This document shows positions 11,496 to 19,455 of a stretch of 26,029 nt of DNA, in pieces (the stretch's first letter is position 1; each line of letters opens with the position of its first letter). A model generated the notes under the pieces. It was given only the letters and a program-made list of their open reading frames with translations. It was not told the DNA's origin and ran no database searches. Source of the stretch: an uncultured Methanobacterium sp. (GTDB lineage Archaea; Methanobacteriota; Methanobacteria; Methanobacteriales; Methanobacteriaceae); assembly GCA_964399685.1 (NCBI GenBank), contig CAYNTD010000002.1, forward strand, positions 1 through 26,029, read 5' to 3'. The translations under genes and the position numbers were made by a program.

Positions 11496-12248
11496 CTATT
11501 CAACTACAAATCGGCAGAAATCATCCCCTGTGGCATAACATTTGGTTTCTGTAACCTCTCGGGGCTCTTTGTAGTGTGCTGAAAATAAAGCTTTAAGCAA
11601 TCCTGTATCAAATGCACAGGCAGTTTTTCCCAAGTAGGGCAGACCTTTACATTCAAAGCAATCATACACATTAACTACAAGTGGATCTTTGCTTTTTACC
11701 TCAATCAGACCAAGTTGATGGGTTTGCCAGAATCTGGCTATATTTTTGATGAATTCTTCATCCTGCTTATCTTCTAAGGAGAAGAATAATGTTTCACCCA
11801 CTTTAACCCCTGCTTCATGCAATAAAGGATCAATGTTGATTCCCTGAGTTATTAAAGAAACTCTTATGGTTTGGAACAATAATCTAAAGAATTCAAATGG
11901 ACTTCCATCGCTTTCCAGGTAGCTATGGACATATTTTTTCAAATCTTCTTTAAAAATCTTTTCACGTGACAGTTCACCTAAATATTCTGATTTGATATAA
12001 AATATCTTTTTTCGAGCATCTTCCGGATCTGGTCTGGAATCTATTACTCCTTCTTCAGATAATTTTTTAAGATGTTCAGATATGGTAGATTTGGCTTTAC
12101 TGGATAACTCTACAATTTCATCGAATTTTCTTTCTTTTTCACGGAGTAAAGTTAATATTTTAACTCTTACAGGACTATCTATTATGTATAACCCATTAGA
12201 TGTGGAGAACAATTCTATCTGCTCTTTGTAAGGATGTTTCTGATACAT
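11496..12248 (-). CDS. msvR: MsvR-like redox-sensing transcription regulator (ArsR HTH + V4R domain)
   Basis: N-terminal ArsR-type winged HTH (KAKSTISEHLKKL...DARKKIFY). C-terminal V4R domain with Cys197, 200, 211, 237 and 245 (DCFEC...CAFDTG...ETKCYATGDDFCRF). Confidence 0.82.
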   Translation of the reverse strand: MYQKHPYKEQIELFSTSNGLYIIDSPVRVKILTLLREKERKFDEIVELSSKAKSTISEHLKKLSEEGVIDSRPDPEDARKKIFYIKSEYLGELSREKIFKEDLKKYVHSYLESDGSPFEFFRLLFQTIRVSLITQGINIDPLLHEAGVKVGETLFFSLEDKQDEEFIKNIARFWQTHQLGLIEVKSKDPLVVNVYDCFECKGLPYLGKTACAFDTGLLKALFSAHYKEPREVTETKCYATGDDFCRFVVE

Positions 12249-12331
12249 AAAATCTCAACAAAATTTTTATAATTTCAAGCACTATATAACATGCTATAGA
12301 TTATCGACTATTTTCCTTATGTAACCGTAAC

Positions 12332-12381
12332 TTATAAATATCCTTTGTTCGTAGATCATAGAACATTCGGAATAGACCGAA
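12332..12381 (+). promoter_or_regulatory. hcp promoter: TATA box plus two tandem MsvR-type operator boxes
   Basis: TTATAAAT at 12332-12339. TTCG-TAGATCAT-AGAA at 12348-12363 and TTCG-GAATAGAC-CGAA at 12366-12381. AGGTGAT RBS at 12387-12393. Confidence 0.7.
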
Positions 12382-12396
12382 CAAGTAGGTGATATT

Positions 12397-13878
12397 TTGA
12401 AAAAATACAAATGTATAGTATGTGGTTATATATACGACCCTGAAAAAGGAGATCCTGATTCTGGAATAGAATCTGGAACTTCCTTCGAAGAATTACCAGA
12501 GGACTGGTTATGTCCACTGTGTGGTGTAGGAAAAGATCAATTTGTAGCTCTAGATGAAAATCAGGAAGAAACAGGAAAAGAAACATTGAATATGTTCTGT
12601 TACCAATGTTCCCAGACTGCTGGTGGCACAGGTTGTACTGTGAGAGGAGTCTGTGGTAAGAACGCCACAGTAGCCCGATTACAGGATAATCTGTTGTTTG
12701 CAATAAAAGGCATTTCAGCCTACTTATATCATGCCCGAGAACTGGGGTACACAGATTCTGAAATAGATAGCTTTCTAGAGAAGAGTTTTTACTCCACTCT
12801 GACCAACGTCAACTTCGACCCAGTTGAATTTATTAAACTGGCTCTGGAAGCAGGTGAGATGAATATTAAAACCATGCAACTACTGAAAAAGGCCCATATA
12901 GAAAATTATGGAGAACCGGTTCCTACTGAAGTTTCCACTGGAACCAAAAAGGGTCATGGGATAATTGTAACGGGACACAGCATTAAAGCCCTGGAAGAAT
13001 TACTCAAACAAACTGAAGGAAAAGGAATAAATGTTTACACACACTCTGAATCTTTACCCGCCCATGGCTACCCTGAACTTAAAAAATATCCTCATTTAGC
13101 TGGTCAGTTGGGAAAAGCATGGTTTGATCAAAGAGAAACTTTCTCAAAGTACCCCGTAGCTATCCTTGCAACTTCAAATTGCGTTTTATTACCTAAAGAA
13201 GAATATAAAGATAGAATATTCACTTCAGGAGTTGCAAATGTACCTGACGTTCCCCATATTGAAGATTACGATTTTACACCTGTTATAGAAAAGGCATTAT
13301 CACTACCAGAACTACCAGAAAAAGCGGGAGAAACTGTTTTAACTACAGGATTCGGGGCCAGCACCATATTATCCCTTAAAGATAAGATAAAAAAATTGGT
13401 AGAAGCAGGAAAAATAAGAAGATTCTTCTTGATTGGTGGATGTGACTCACCGTTACCCATGGCTCGTTATTATACAGAATTAGTTGAAAAATTACCAGAA
13501 GACACCGTAATATTGACTTTAGCGTGTGGAAAATATCGTTTCAATGATTTACAACTGGGAGATATTGAAGGTATCCCCCGCTTAATAGATCTTGGACAGT
13601 GCAACGATGCTATTGTAGGAATAGATGTGGTTGCTGCACTATCAGAACTCTTCGGTCTGGAAATTAATGAATTACCATTGACATTCATTTTAAGCTGGAT
13701 GGAACAAAAAGCAGCAGCTATTTTATGGAGCCTTTTATATCTGGGGATTAAAAATATGTATTTAGGCCCTATCATTCCGGGCTGGGTTAATGAGGATATT
13801 TTAAATTATCTTATATCGAATTATGATTTGAAACCCATTAGTGATCCTGACACAGATTTAAAGGAGATACTAGGTTAA
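12397..13878 (+). CDS. hcp: Rubredoxin-fused hybrid cluster (prismane) protein, short class III type
   Basis: TTG start with RBS. N-terminal rubredoxin CIVC...[15 protein letters not shown]-x5-C-x5-CGK cubane motif. Hybrid-cluster ligand motifs TGH, THSE, SNC, GGCD, ACG, GQCND and WMEQK. The Hcp part is about 430 aa, so it lacks the middle helical domain. Confidence 0.93.
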   Translation: MKKYKCIVCGYIYDPEKGDPDSGIESGTSFEELPEDWLCPLCGVGKDQFVALDENQEETGKETLNMFCYQCSQTAGGTGCTVRGVCGKNATVARLQDNLLFAIKGISAYLYHARELGYTDSEIDSFLEKSFYSTLTNVNFDPVEFIKLALEAGEMNIKTMQLLKKAHIENYGEPVPTEVSTGTKKGHGIIVTGHSIKALEELLKQTEGKGINVYTHSESLPAHGYPELKKYPHLAGQLGKAWFDQRETFSKYPVAILATSNCVLLPKEEYKDRIFTSGVANVPDVPHIEDYDFTPVIEKALSLPELPEKAGETVLTTGFGASTILSLKDKIKKLVEAGKIRRFFLIGGCDSPLPMARYYTELVEKLPEDTVILTLACGKYRFNDLQLGDIEGIPRLIDLGQCNDAIVGIDVVAALSELFGLEINELPLTFILSWMEQKAAAILWSLLYLGIKNMYLGPIIPGWVNEDILNYLISNYDLKPISDPDTDLKEILG

Positions 13879-13898
13879 AGAATACACTCTATTCCTTA

Positions 13899-13906
13899 TT
13901 TTTTTT
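13899..13906 (+). terminator. T8 run after hcp
   Basis: Oligo-T about 20 nt after the hcp stop. Confidence 0.4.
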
Positions 13907-13940
13907 AGAAATGATTTTAAATTATTCATGGAGGAGTTAC

Positions 13941-14141
13941 ATGTCTAAAGAAATGGATGAAGACAAAGCCTTTGAACAGGAACTTAAAGGAAAAATGGGA
14001 TGGAAATGCTCATGTTCCCTGGAAGTAGTGGATAAAGAAAGTTCACTACATAGTGTATGTTGTAAAAACTGTGGTAAAATCTTTAAAACCAATAGAAATG
14101 TAGATTTATGCTTTGAATGTGAAAAAAGTGTTAAAAAATAG
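13941..14141 (+). CDS. Small Cys-rich (7 Cys) putative zinc-ribbon/metal-binding protein
   Basis: ATG at 13941 after a strong GGAGGAG RBS; 66 aa with CSC, CCKNC-x12-CFEC. Confidence 0.75.
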   Translation: MSKEMDEDKAFEQELKGKMGWKCSCSLEVVDKESSLHSVCCKNCGKIFKTNRNVDLCFECEKSVKK

Positions 14142-14198
14142 GTTAATCCAATTAAATATTTATCTTTTGTAATAAATTTTCAGGGTTTAAACCATTAC

Positions 14199-14534
14199 TT
14201 ATTTTTTATTTCCTTTCCCTATGATTATGTTCCGTATGGGAACCTGCAGAATGGTGTATTTTTCACCTTCCAATCCTTCAACTATTAAATCTGTCATTCT
14301 ATCTACATCTTCCTCATCAACTACACTGCATATAAGAATTGCAGGTGTGGAAAAGTTATGGATCATTCCTATGGCTGATTTGGGATCTTCTTTTATAGAA
14401 AAACCCTTCCAATCATCAGGAGACATGCCTTTATATTCCAATATATAGAATCCAGTTATACCCGCAGCAGCAAGTGCGTTCATTGCTTTACCCAGATTTT
14501 CCATCTCAACAAAGATCCTAAGATGTACCTTCAT
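14199..14534 (-). CDS. MJ1244-family conserved methanogen protein
   Basis: [21 protein letters not shown]...[21 protein letters not shown]...EDP matches my recollection of this family. ATG at 14534 with GGTGG RBS. Confidence 0.7.
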   Translation of the reverse strand: MKVHLRIFVEMENLGKAMNALAAAGITGFYILEYKGMSPDDWKGFSIKEDPKSAIGMIHNFSTPAILICSVVDEEDVDRMTDLIVEGLEGEKYTILQVPIRNIIIGKGNKK

Positions 14535-14598
14535 AATAACAACCACCTACTATTTATGGATTATATTATTCATATTAATTATAGATATTGGTGATTAT

Positions 14599-15642
14599 AT
14601 GGAAACAAAAACCTGTATAGATGACGTTCTTTTTACTTCAGACCAGGATTATATTATTATACAGAGAGAAAAGGGATTTTTATCCCTGGGTGACTCTAGA
14701 ATGGGTGGTGGTCTGAAGAGGATCAACTCCATAGTAATACATGGTCTAGGTTCTAAGGATAATGTATCAACATCCAGTAAATGGGAAGAGAGATTATCTC
14801 TGAAAAGATTGTTAGAATCATATGATGTGTTAGAACCTGCGAGTGTGATGTTCGGGGAATATAATATTCAGAAAACTATCAATGTCAGTATTGGTAAGGT
14901 AACGGTCATTGTAACAGTGGATAATCATAATTTGCCAGTGAATGTAGTTGTCATCATCAACGATGAACTGGATGAAACAACACTGGTAAAATTATTTAAA
15001 ACTATCATTCAGGCTAAAACAGCCACATTATGGGATTTGGGTATGCTCAGTGGTTTTTTAGATTTATCAGATTCAGTTCGTGAAGATTCTATTTTAGTTG
15101 CTTGTGATGGTCCCGGGGATCTAAAAACCTCTAAAGAAGCGGATAAGCTTCGTTTACTGATTTTTAAATGTGTCAAGGATGCAATAGATAAATTGTTGAG
15201 AGATTTAGGATGTCCAAGAGATATAGTAGGTTACATGGAAGATGCAGGTGTTTACGTTGACGATCTGGTTGATGCTGGTATGCAACTTTGTGTGGGAGTG
15301 GAAAAAACACCGGAATTAAATATAAAACTTCATAAACAATTGCTTAAATCTCTTGAAGATTTGAATGTGGTTTCATTGATCATGGCAGGAATCAGGCTGG
15401 AAGAGGATTATGCCAGGCATCGGGTGCGTGGTGTGAATGTGGATGATGACCCGGCATATCTCTATTCTGATGAAGTGTTAGGAATGGCCGTGGCTAATCA
15501 GATTGCAGGCACCAAAGCCCTATTTAATTTTAAAAGATATGATGAAGAAAAACCAGGCATAATAAGCACTCTAGGTCCTGTCCTTGATGATATATTCGCG
15601 GGTTTAATTGCAGGATGTATGTCCAAGATATTTGAGGAATGA
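14599..15642 (+). CDS. cobZ: CbiZ-like domain fused to alpha-ribazole phosphatase CobZ (CbiS-type architecture)
   Basis: C-terminal ~140 aa carries CobZ motifs ([49 protein letters not shown]). N-terminal ~205 aa is CbiZ-like in pattern. Overlaps cobS. Confidence 0.82.
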   Translation: METKTCIDDVLFTSDQDYIIIQREKGFLSLGDSRMGGGLKRINSIVIHGLGSKDNVSTSSKWEERLSLKRLLESYDVLEPASVMFGEYNIQKTINVSIGKVTVIVTVDNHNLPVNVVVIINDELDETTLVKLFKTIIQAKTATLWDLGMLSGFLDLSDSVREDSILVACDGPGDLKTSKEADKLRLLIFKCVKDAIDKLLRDLGCPRDIVGYMEDAGVYVDDLVDAGMQLCVGVEKTPELNIKLHKQLLKSLEDLNVVSLIMAGIRLEEDYARHRVRGVNVDDDPAYLYSDEVLGMAVANQIAGTKALFNFKRYDEEKPGIISTLGPVLDDIFAGLIAGCMSKIFEE

Positions 15643-15644
15643 TA

Positions 15645-16439
15645 ATGTCCATTAAAAACGATTTAAAGAGAGATAAACCGCAAAAACGTACCATAGATGT
15701 TAAAGGATTTCTCGGTTTGCTATCCTTCTCCACCATCCTACCCATAAATATTCATACTAGCATTGAGGATATGGCAAAGTTCACCTGGCTATGGCCTATA
15801 ATTGGTGCCTTCATTGGAATAATTGTAGGTCTACTTGGTTTCATAATGATGGATCTAATTCACATATCCCAATTGATATCTGCAGGCCTGATTTTCAGTT
15901 TTGCCATATGGTTCACTGGTTTCCATCACCTGGATGGACTCATCGATTTTGGTGATGCACTGATGGCCCATGGTGATCCCCAAAAAAGAATCAGTATAAT
16001 GCGTGATTCACGGATCGGTACTGGAAGTCTCTCTTATTTTTTTATAGTGGCAATTATAACCTTTGCATCTATCGCATCTGCTCCCATAAGCTTTATATTC
16101 TATATTCTGCTAATATCTGAAATCGCCGCTAAAATAGGACTAATCACATGTTGTACTTTTTCCAGACCTTTCACAGATGGTACTGGCAAGTTTTTCATAG
16201 AAGCCATGAATAAGAAATTGTTAATTTTATCACTATTAATAACCTTTATAATTGGCTATTTCAGCCTTAACTTTACAGGAATTCTGGGAATAATCGGAGG
16301 AACTATAGGAGGTATTATCATGGCAATTATTGCCCGTAAGAAGTTCACCTATACAACCGGTGATATACTGGGTGCTTCCAATGAGATATCCCGAATGATC
16401 GCCCTGCTTATAATGGTGAGTTTCCTTAATTTAATCTAA
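15645..16439 (+). CDS. cobS: Adenosylcobinamide-GDP ribazoletransferase (cobalamin synthase)
   Basis: FSTILP, TGFHHLDGLIDFGDAL, MRDSRIGTG and TGDILGASNE motifs; hydrophobic. Alternative start at 15639. Confidence 0.93.
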   Translation: MSIKNDLKRDKPQKRTIDVKGFLGLLSFSTILPINIHTSIEDMAKFTWLWPIIGAFIGIIVGLLGFIMMDLIHISQLISAGLIFSFAIWFTGFHHLDGLIDFGDALMAHGDPQKRISIMRDSRIGTGSLSYFFIVAIITFASIASAPISFIFYILLISEIAAKIGLITCCTFSRPFTDGTGKFFIEAMNKKLLILSLLITFIIGYFSLNFTGILGIIGGTIGGIIMAIIARKKFTYTTGDILGASNEISRMIALLIMVSFLNLI

Positions 16440-16527
16440 CTTCCTGAATTTTAATCTAAAAAATTGTTAATAATGAGATATGAATGAGTAGCATTTCAAA
16501 AGTGCGTAATAGAAAATGAATAAGTGA

Positions 16528-17061
16528 ATGAACATGAAAATAAGCATTTTAAGACTGGATCATCGAAGAAGAAGAGATGCACGAATAACAACCCATGTAT
16601 GTTTAACCGGTAGAGCTTTCGGAGCATCTCAGGTTATTTTAAGCGGAGATAGAGATATCAAACTCATGGAAAATGTTCAGGATGTAACCGAACGTTGGGG
16701 AGGTAACTTTCAAGTTGATTACCAGAAGAATTGGGACAACCTGTTGAAAGAATGGAAAAAAGATCATGGAGAAGTAGTTCATCTGACGATGTACGGTGAA
16801 CCTGTACAGGATGTCATAGATGATATTAAAAATTCGAAACAGGACAAATTAGTGGTGGTAGGTGGATCCCGTGTTCCCAGTAAAGTCTACCAAGAAGCAG
16901 ATTGGAACATCTCTGTAACCACTCAACCCCATTCTGAAGTCTCTGCATTGGCCATATTTTTACATATGTACTTTGAGGGACAGGAACTGGATAAAGAATT
17001 TGATGGGGGTAAATTGAAGGTGGTACCCACTGCACATGGTAAGAAGATCGTGGAAAAATGA
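16528..17061 (+). CDS. trm56: tRNA (cytidine(56)-2'-O)-methyltransferase aTrm56
   Basis: LRLDHRRRRDARITTHVCLTGRAFGA, VHLTMYG, VVGGSRVP and QPHSEVSALAIFL (SPOUT motifs). Confidence 0.93.
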   Translation: MNMKISILRLDHRRRRDARITTHVCLTGRAFGASQVILSGDRDIKLMENVQDVTERWGGNFQVDYQKNWDNLLKEWKKDHGEVVHLTMYGEPVQDVIDDIKNSKQDKLVVVGGSRVPSKVYQEADWNISVTTQPHSEVSALAIFLHMYFEGQELDKEFDGGKLKVVPTAHGKKIVEK

Positions 17062-17062
17062 A

Positions 17063-18118
17063 TTAGATTTTGATCCGGATTATCTTATCATCACCGGACT
17101 GGGGAGAACCTCGACCATCCCTGTTGGAAGTGGAAATATAAAGATATCCATCATGCTCTACCACATCCCTTATTCTTCCCAGATCACTTATAAGAACACT
17201 TTCCCCTATAACGGTTTTACCATCGCTAGATAGATTTAAAACCCTCAGTTGACTGCCCCTTAAACCAGCAACATATAAACGGTCTTGATAGAATGCTATT
17301 CCACTGGGTGCTAATGTGAAATCTGTATACACACGGATTGGACTTACATAACCTGATTGATTTTCATTCCCCTGTACAATGGGCCATCCATAGTTTCCAC
17401 CCCTAACGATTATGTTGATTTCATCGTTCATGGTGTCACCATGCTCTGATTCATATAAAATTCCATTACTGGGATTCCATGTTATGCCCTGCGGATCCCT
17501 ATGGCCATAACTGTAAACATAGTTACCATAGGGATTGTCACTGGGGACCGTTCCATCCGGGTTGAGACGTAAAATCTTCCCACCTGTGGAGTTGATATTC
17601 TGAGCCAGATTCTCATCACCGGATTCACCTGTGGTTGCGTATAATTTACCATCTGGCCCAAATTTTAAACGACCGCCGTTATGTATAGGACCACCAGGTA
17701 TATCATCCAGGAGCACCGTTTCATTTTCTAATGAACCATCAAGTACAAATCGAGATATTCGATTCACACCCCCATCATGGGTGTAATATAAGTAAATATA
17801 TCTGTTTTCTGTGAAGTTAGGGTCTACAGCCACACCTAAAAGTCCAGATTCAGTCTGTTGGCTTACATTTATATCAGCCACCTTTATTGTACTGTTATTT
17901 TCCAGGAGATTCACTGTTCCTGCTCTTTCTGTGAAAATCATTGTCCCGTTGGGAAGGAAATCCATAGCCCATGGTACGTCTAAATTTTCAGCAAGTATGG
18001 TGGTTGTTCCCTCTGCTGGTGTTGGTTGTGGTGATGTTGATGTATAAATTAGAATACCTAAACCCGCGATAATTAAAATAGCCACTATCAATGTTATGAT
18101 CAGCTTTCCCTTTTTCAT
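17063..18118 (-). CDS. Membrane-anchored PQQ-dependent sugar dehydrogenase family (GSDH/Asd-like beta-propeller)
   Basis: N-terminal TM anchor plus a PQPTP linker; PWAMDF, GLLGVAVDPNF, HNGGRLKFGPDGKLY, GKILRL, GHRDPQG, NYGWP, APSG and GRIRDV motifs. Confidence 0.88.
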   Translation of the reverse strand: MKKGKLIITLIVAILIIAGLGILIYTSTSPQPTPAEGTTTILAENLDVPWAMDFLPNGTMIFTERAGTVNLLENNSTIKVADINVSQQTESGLLGVAVDPNFTENRYIYLYYTHDGGVNRISRFVLDGSLENETVLLDDIPGGPIHNGGRLKFGPDGKLYATTGESGDENLAQNINSTGGKILRLNPDGTVPSDNPYGNYVYSYGHRDPQGITWNPSNGILYESEHGDTMNDEINIIVRGGNYGWPIVQGNENQSGYVSPIRVYTDFTLAPSGIAFYQDRLYVAGLRGSQLRVLNLSSDGKTVIGESVLISDLGRIRDVVEHDGYLYISTSNRDGRGSPQSGDDKIIRIKI

Positions 18119-18252
18119 AGATATCTACTATTATTATGGTACTCACTTTACTTATTTTTTCATCTAAAAATTTGGATATGAGATAGAAATAAATTCTGTT
18201 AGATATATAAAAATAAAATGAAATTTAATTTAAGAAATCTCAAGAGGTTCAC

Positions 18253-18888
18253 ATGATGTTGAAGGTAATCAAAAACATAGTCCTGCAGGATCGGCTGACC
18301 AAAATAAGGAGTAAAGGTGTAGATGGAACTACTTTCAAAGCAGGCTTACGAGAGATGGGCAGGTTTTTAGCCTATGAATTCCAGTCCACCATGGATATAC
18401 ATGAAGTTAAGGTTAAAACTTCCCAGGGAAGTGCAAAGGGAATAGAAATAACTGAAACTGAAAATGTAGTGGTAATAGCCATATTAAGAGCAGCGATACC
18501 CATGGTAGAGGGAGTTATGGGTGTTTTTAATGAAGCTAAATATGGTGTGGTTGGTATCTGGAGGGACAGTGAGCCACCCTACCACGCTAACCTGGGCTAT
18601 ATAAAAATACCAGATATACAGGATAAAATCGTCATCATAGTAGATCCCATGATTGCTACGGGAAACACCATGAACACCACACTCAATGAGATAAAAAAGA
18701 GGGGAACTCCCCAGAGAATCGTTATTTTAAATATCATAGCCACTGAAGAAGGTGTGGGAAAAGTCCTGAAAGATCATTCTGATGTGGAAATATACACCTG
18801 TTCCATTGAAAACGAACTTGAAAATGGATACATCGTACCTGGACTGGGTGATGCGGGAGATATTGCCTTTGGCAAACCTCTAGATTAA
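18253..18888 (+). CDS. upp: Uracil phosphoribosyltransferase
   Basis: ILRAAIPM, PRPP-binding IVDPMIATGNT and GYIVPGLGDAGD. Confidence 0.92.
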   Translation: MMLKVIKNIVLQDRLTKIRSKGVDGTTFKAGLREMGRFLAYEFQSTMDIHEVKVKTSQGSAKGIEITETENVVVIAILRAAIPMVEGVMGVFNEAKYGVVGIWRDSEPPYHANLGYIKIPDIQDKIVIIVDPMIATGNTMNTTLNEIKKRGTPQRIVILNIIATEEGVGKVLKDHSDVEIYTCSIENELENGYIVPGLGDAGDIAFGKPLD

Positions 18889-18956
18889 CTAATAACCCTT
18901 CAGATTATCTTAAACTCATGAATCTAATTTAAAGAAATTTAGTTACTGACCAGGAT

Positions 18957-19454
18957 CTAATTCAGTGTTTCTCCCTGTGCAGTAGCCACAATACCAGGGA
19001 TTCCATCCACTTCCAACTGATAAATGGCTTCCATTCCCTCCTCTGGAAAAGCCACCACCTTTTTTGATAGGACTTTGCTTGAAAGAAGAGCTGCAGCTGG
19101 TGGAGTTACCACAAATATCGAACCATATTTATTGAGAGCTTTCACAGTCTCCTGACTCAACGACCCCTTACCGATGTGCATCTTAACTCCATGTTCTGAT
19201 AAAAATACCATATTATCTTCTATTTCAACCTTGTTACTGCTTGTAGGAGATATACCAGCTTCACTGACAGCAGTGTGCATAATGGCAGAGCCTTCAAGAC
19301 TCAATTGATTCTCACCATTCTTTATTAACTTAACCAGTTTTGGTAACGCAGCATCTCTTCCCGTCATTAACTTACCGTAAACTAGAATTTTATCCCCTAA
19401 TTGCAGATCCCTGGTATCTTGTTTTTTGAAGGGAAGATAGACCTTTTTTATCAT
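18957..19454 (-). CDS. Fe-S hydro-lyase (fumarase class I/tartrate dehydratase) beta-subunit-like protein, divergent
   Basis: LQLGDKILVYG-LMTGRDAA, SPTSS, IGKG, GMEAIYQLEV and GIVA pattern. No alpha subunit in the window. Confidence 0.8.
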   Translation of the reverse strand: MIKKVYLPFKKQDTRDLQLGDKILVYGKLMTGRDAALPKLVKLIKNGENQLSLEGSAIMHTAVSEAGISPTSSNKVEIEDNMVFLSEHGVKMHIGKGSLSQETVKALNKYGSIFVVTPPAAALLSSKVLSKKVVAFPEEGMEAIYQLEVDGIPGIVATAQGETLN

Positions 19455-19455
19455 T

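Noticed and set aside
17036-17233. Plus-strand 65-aa ORF overlapping the trm56 end
   Set aside because: Antisense to the dehydrogenase C-terminus; no recognisable features.
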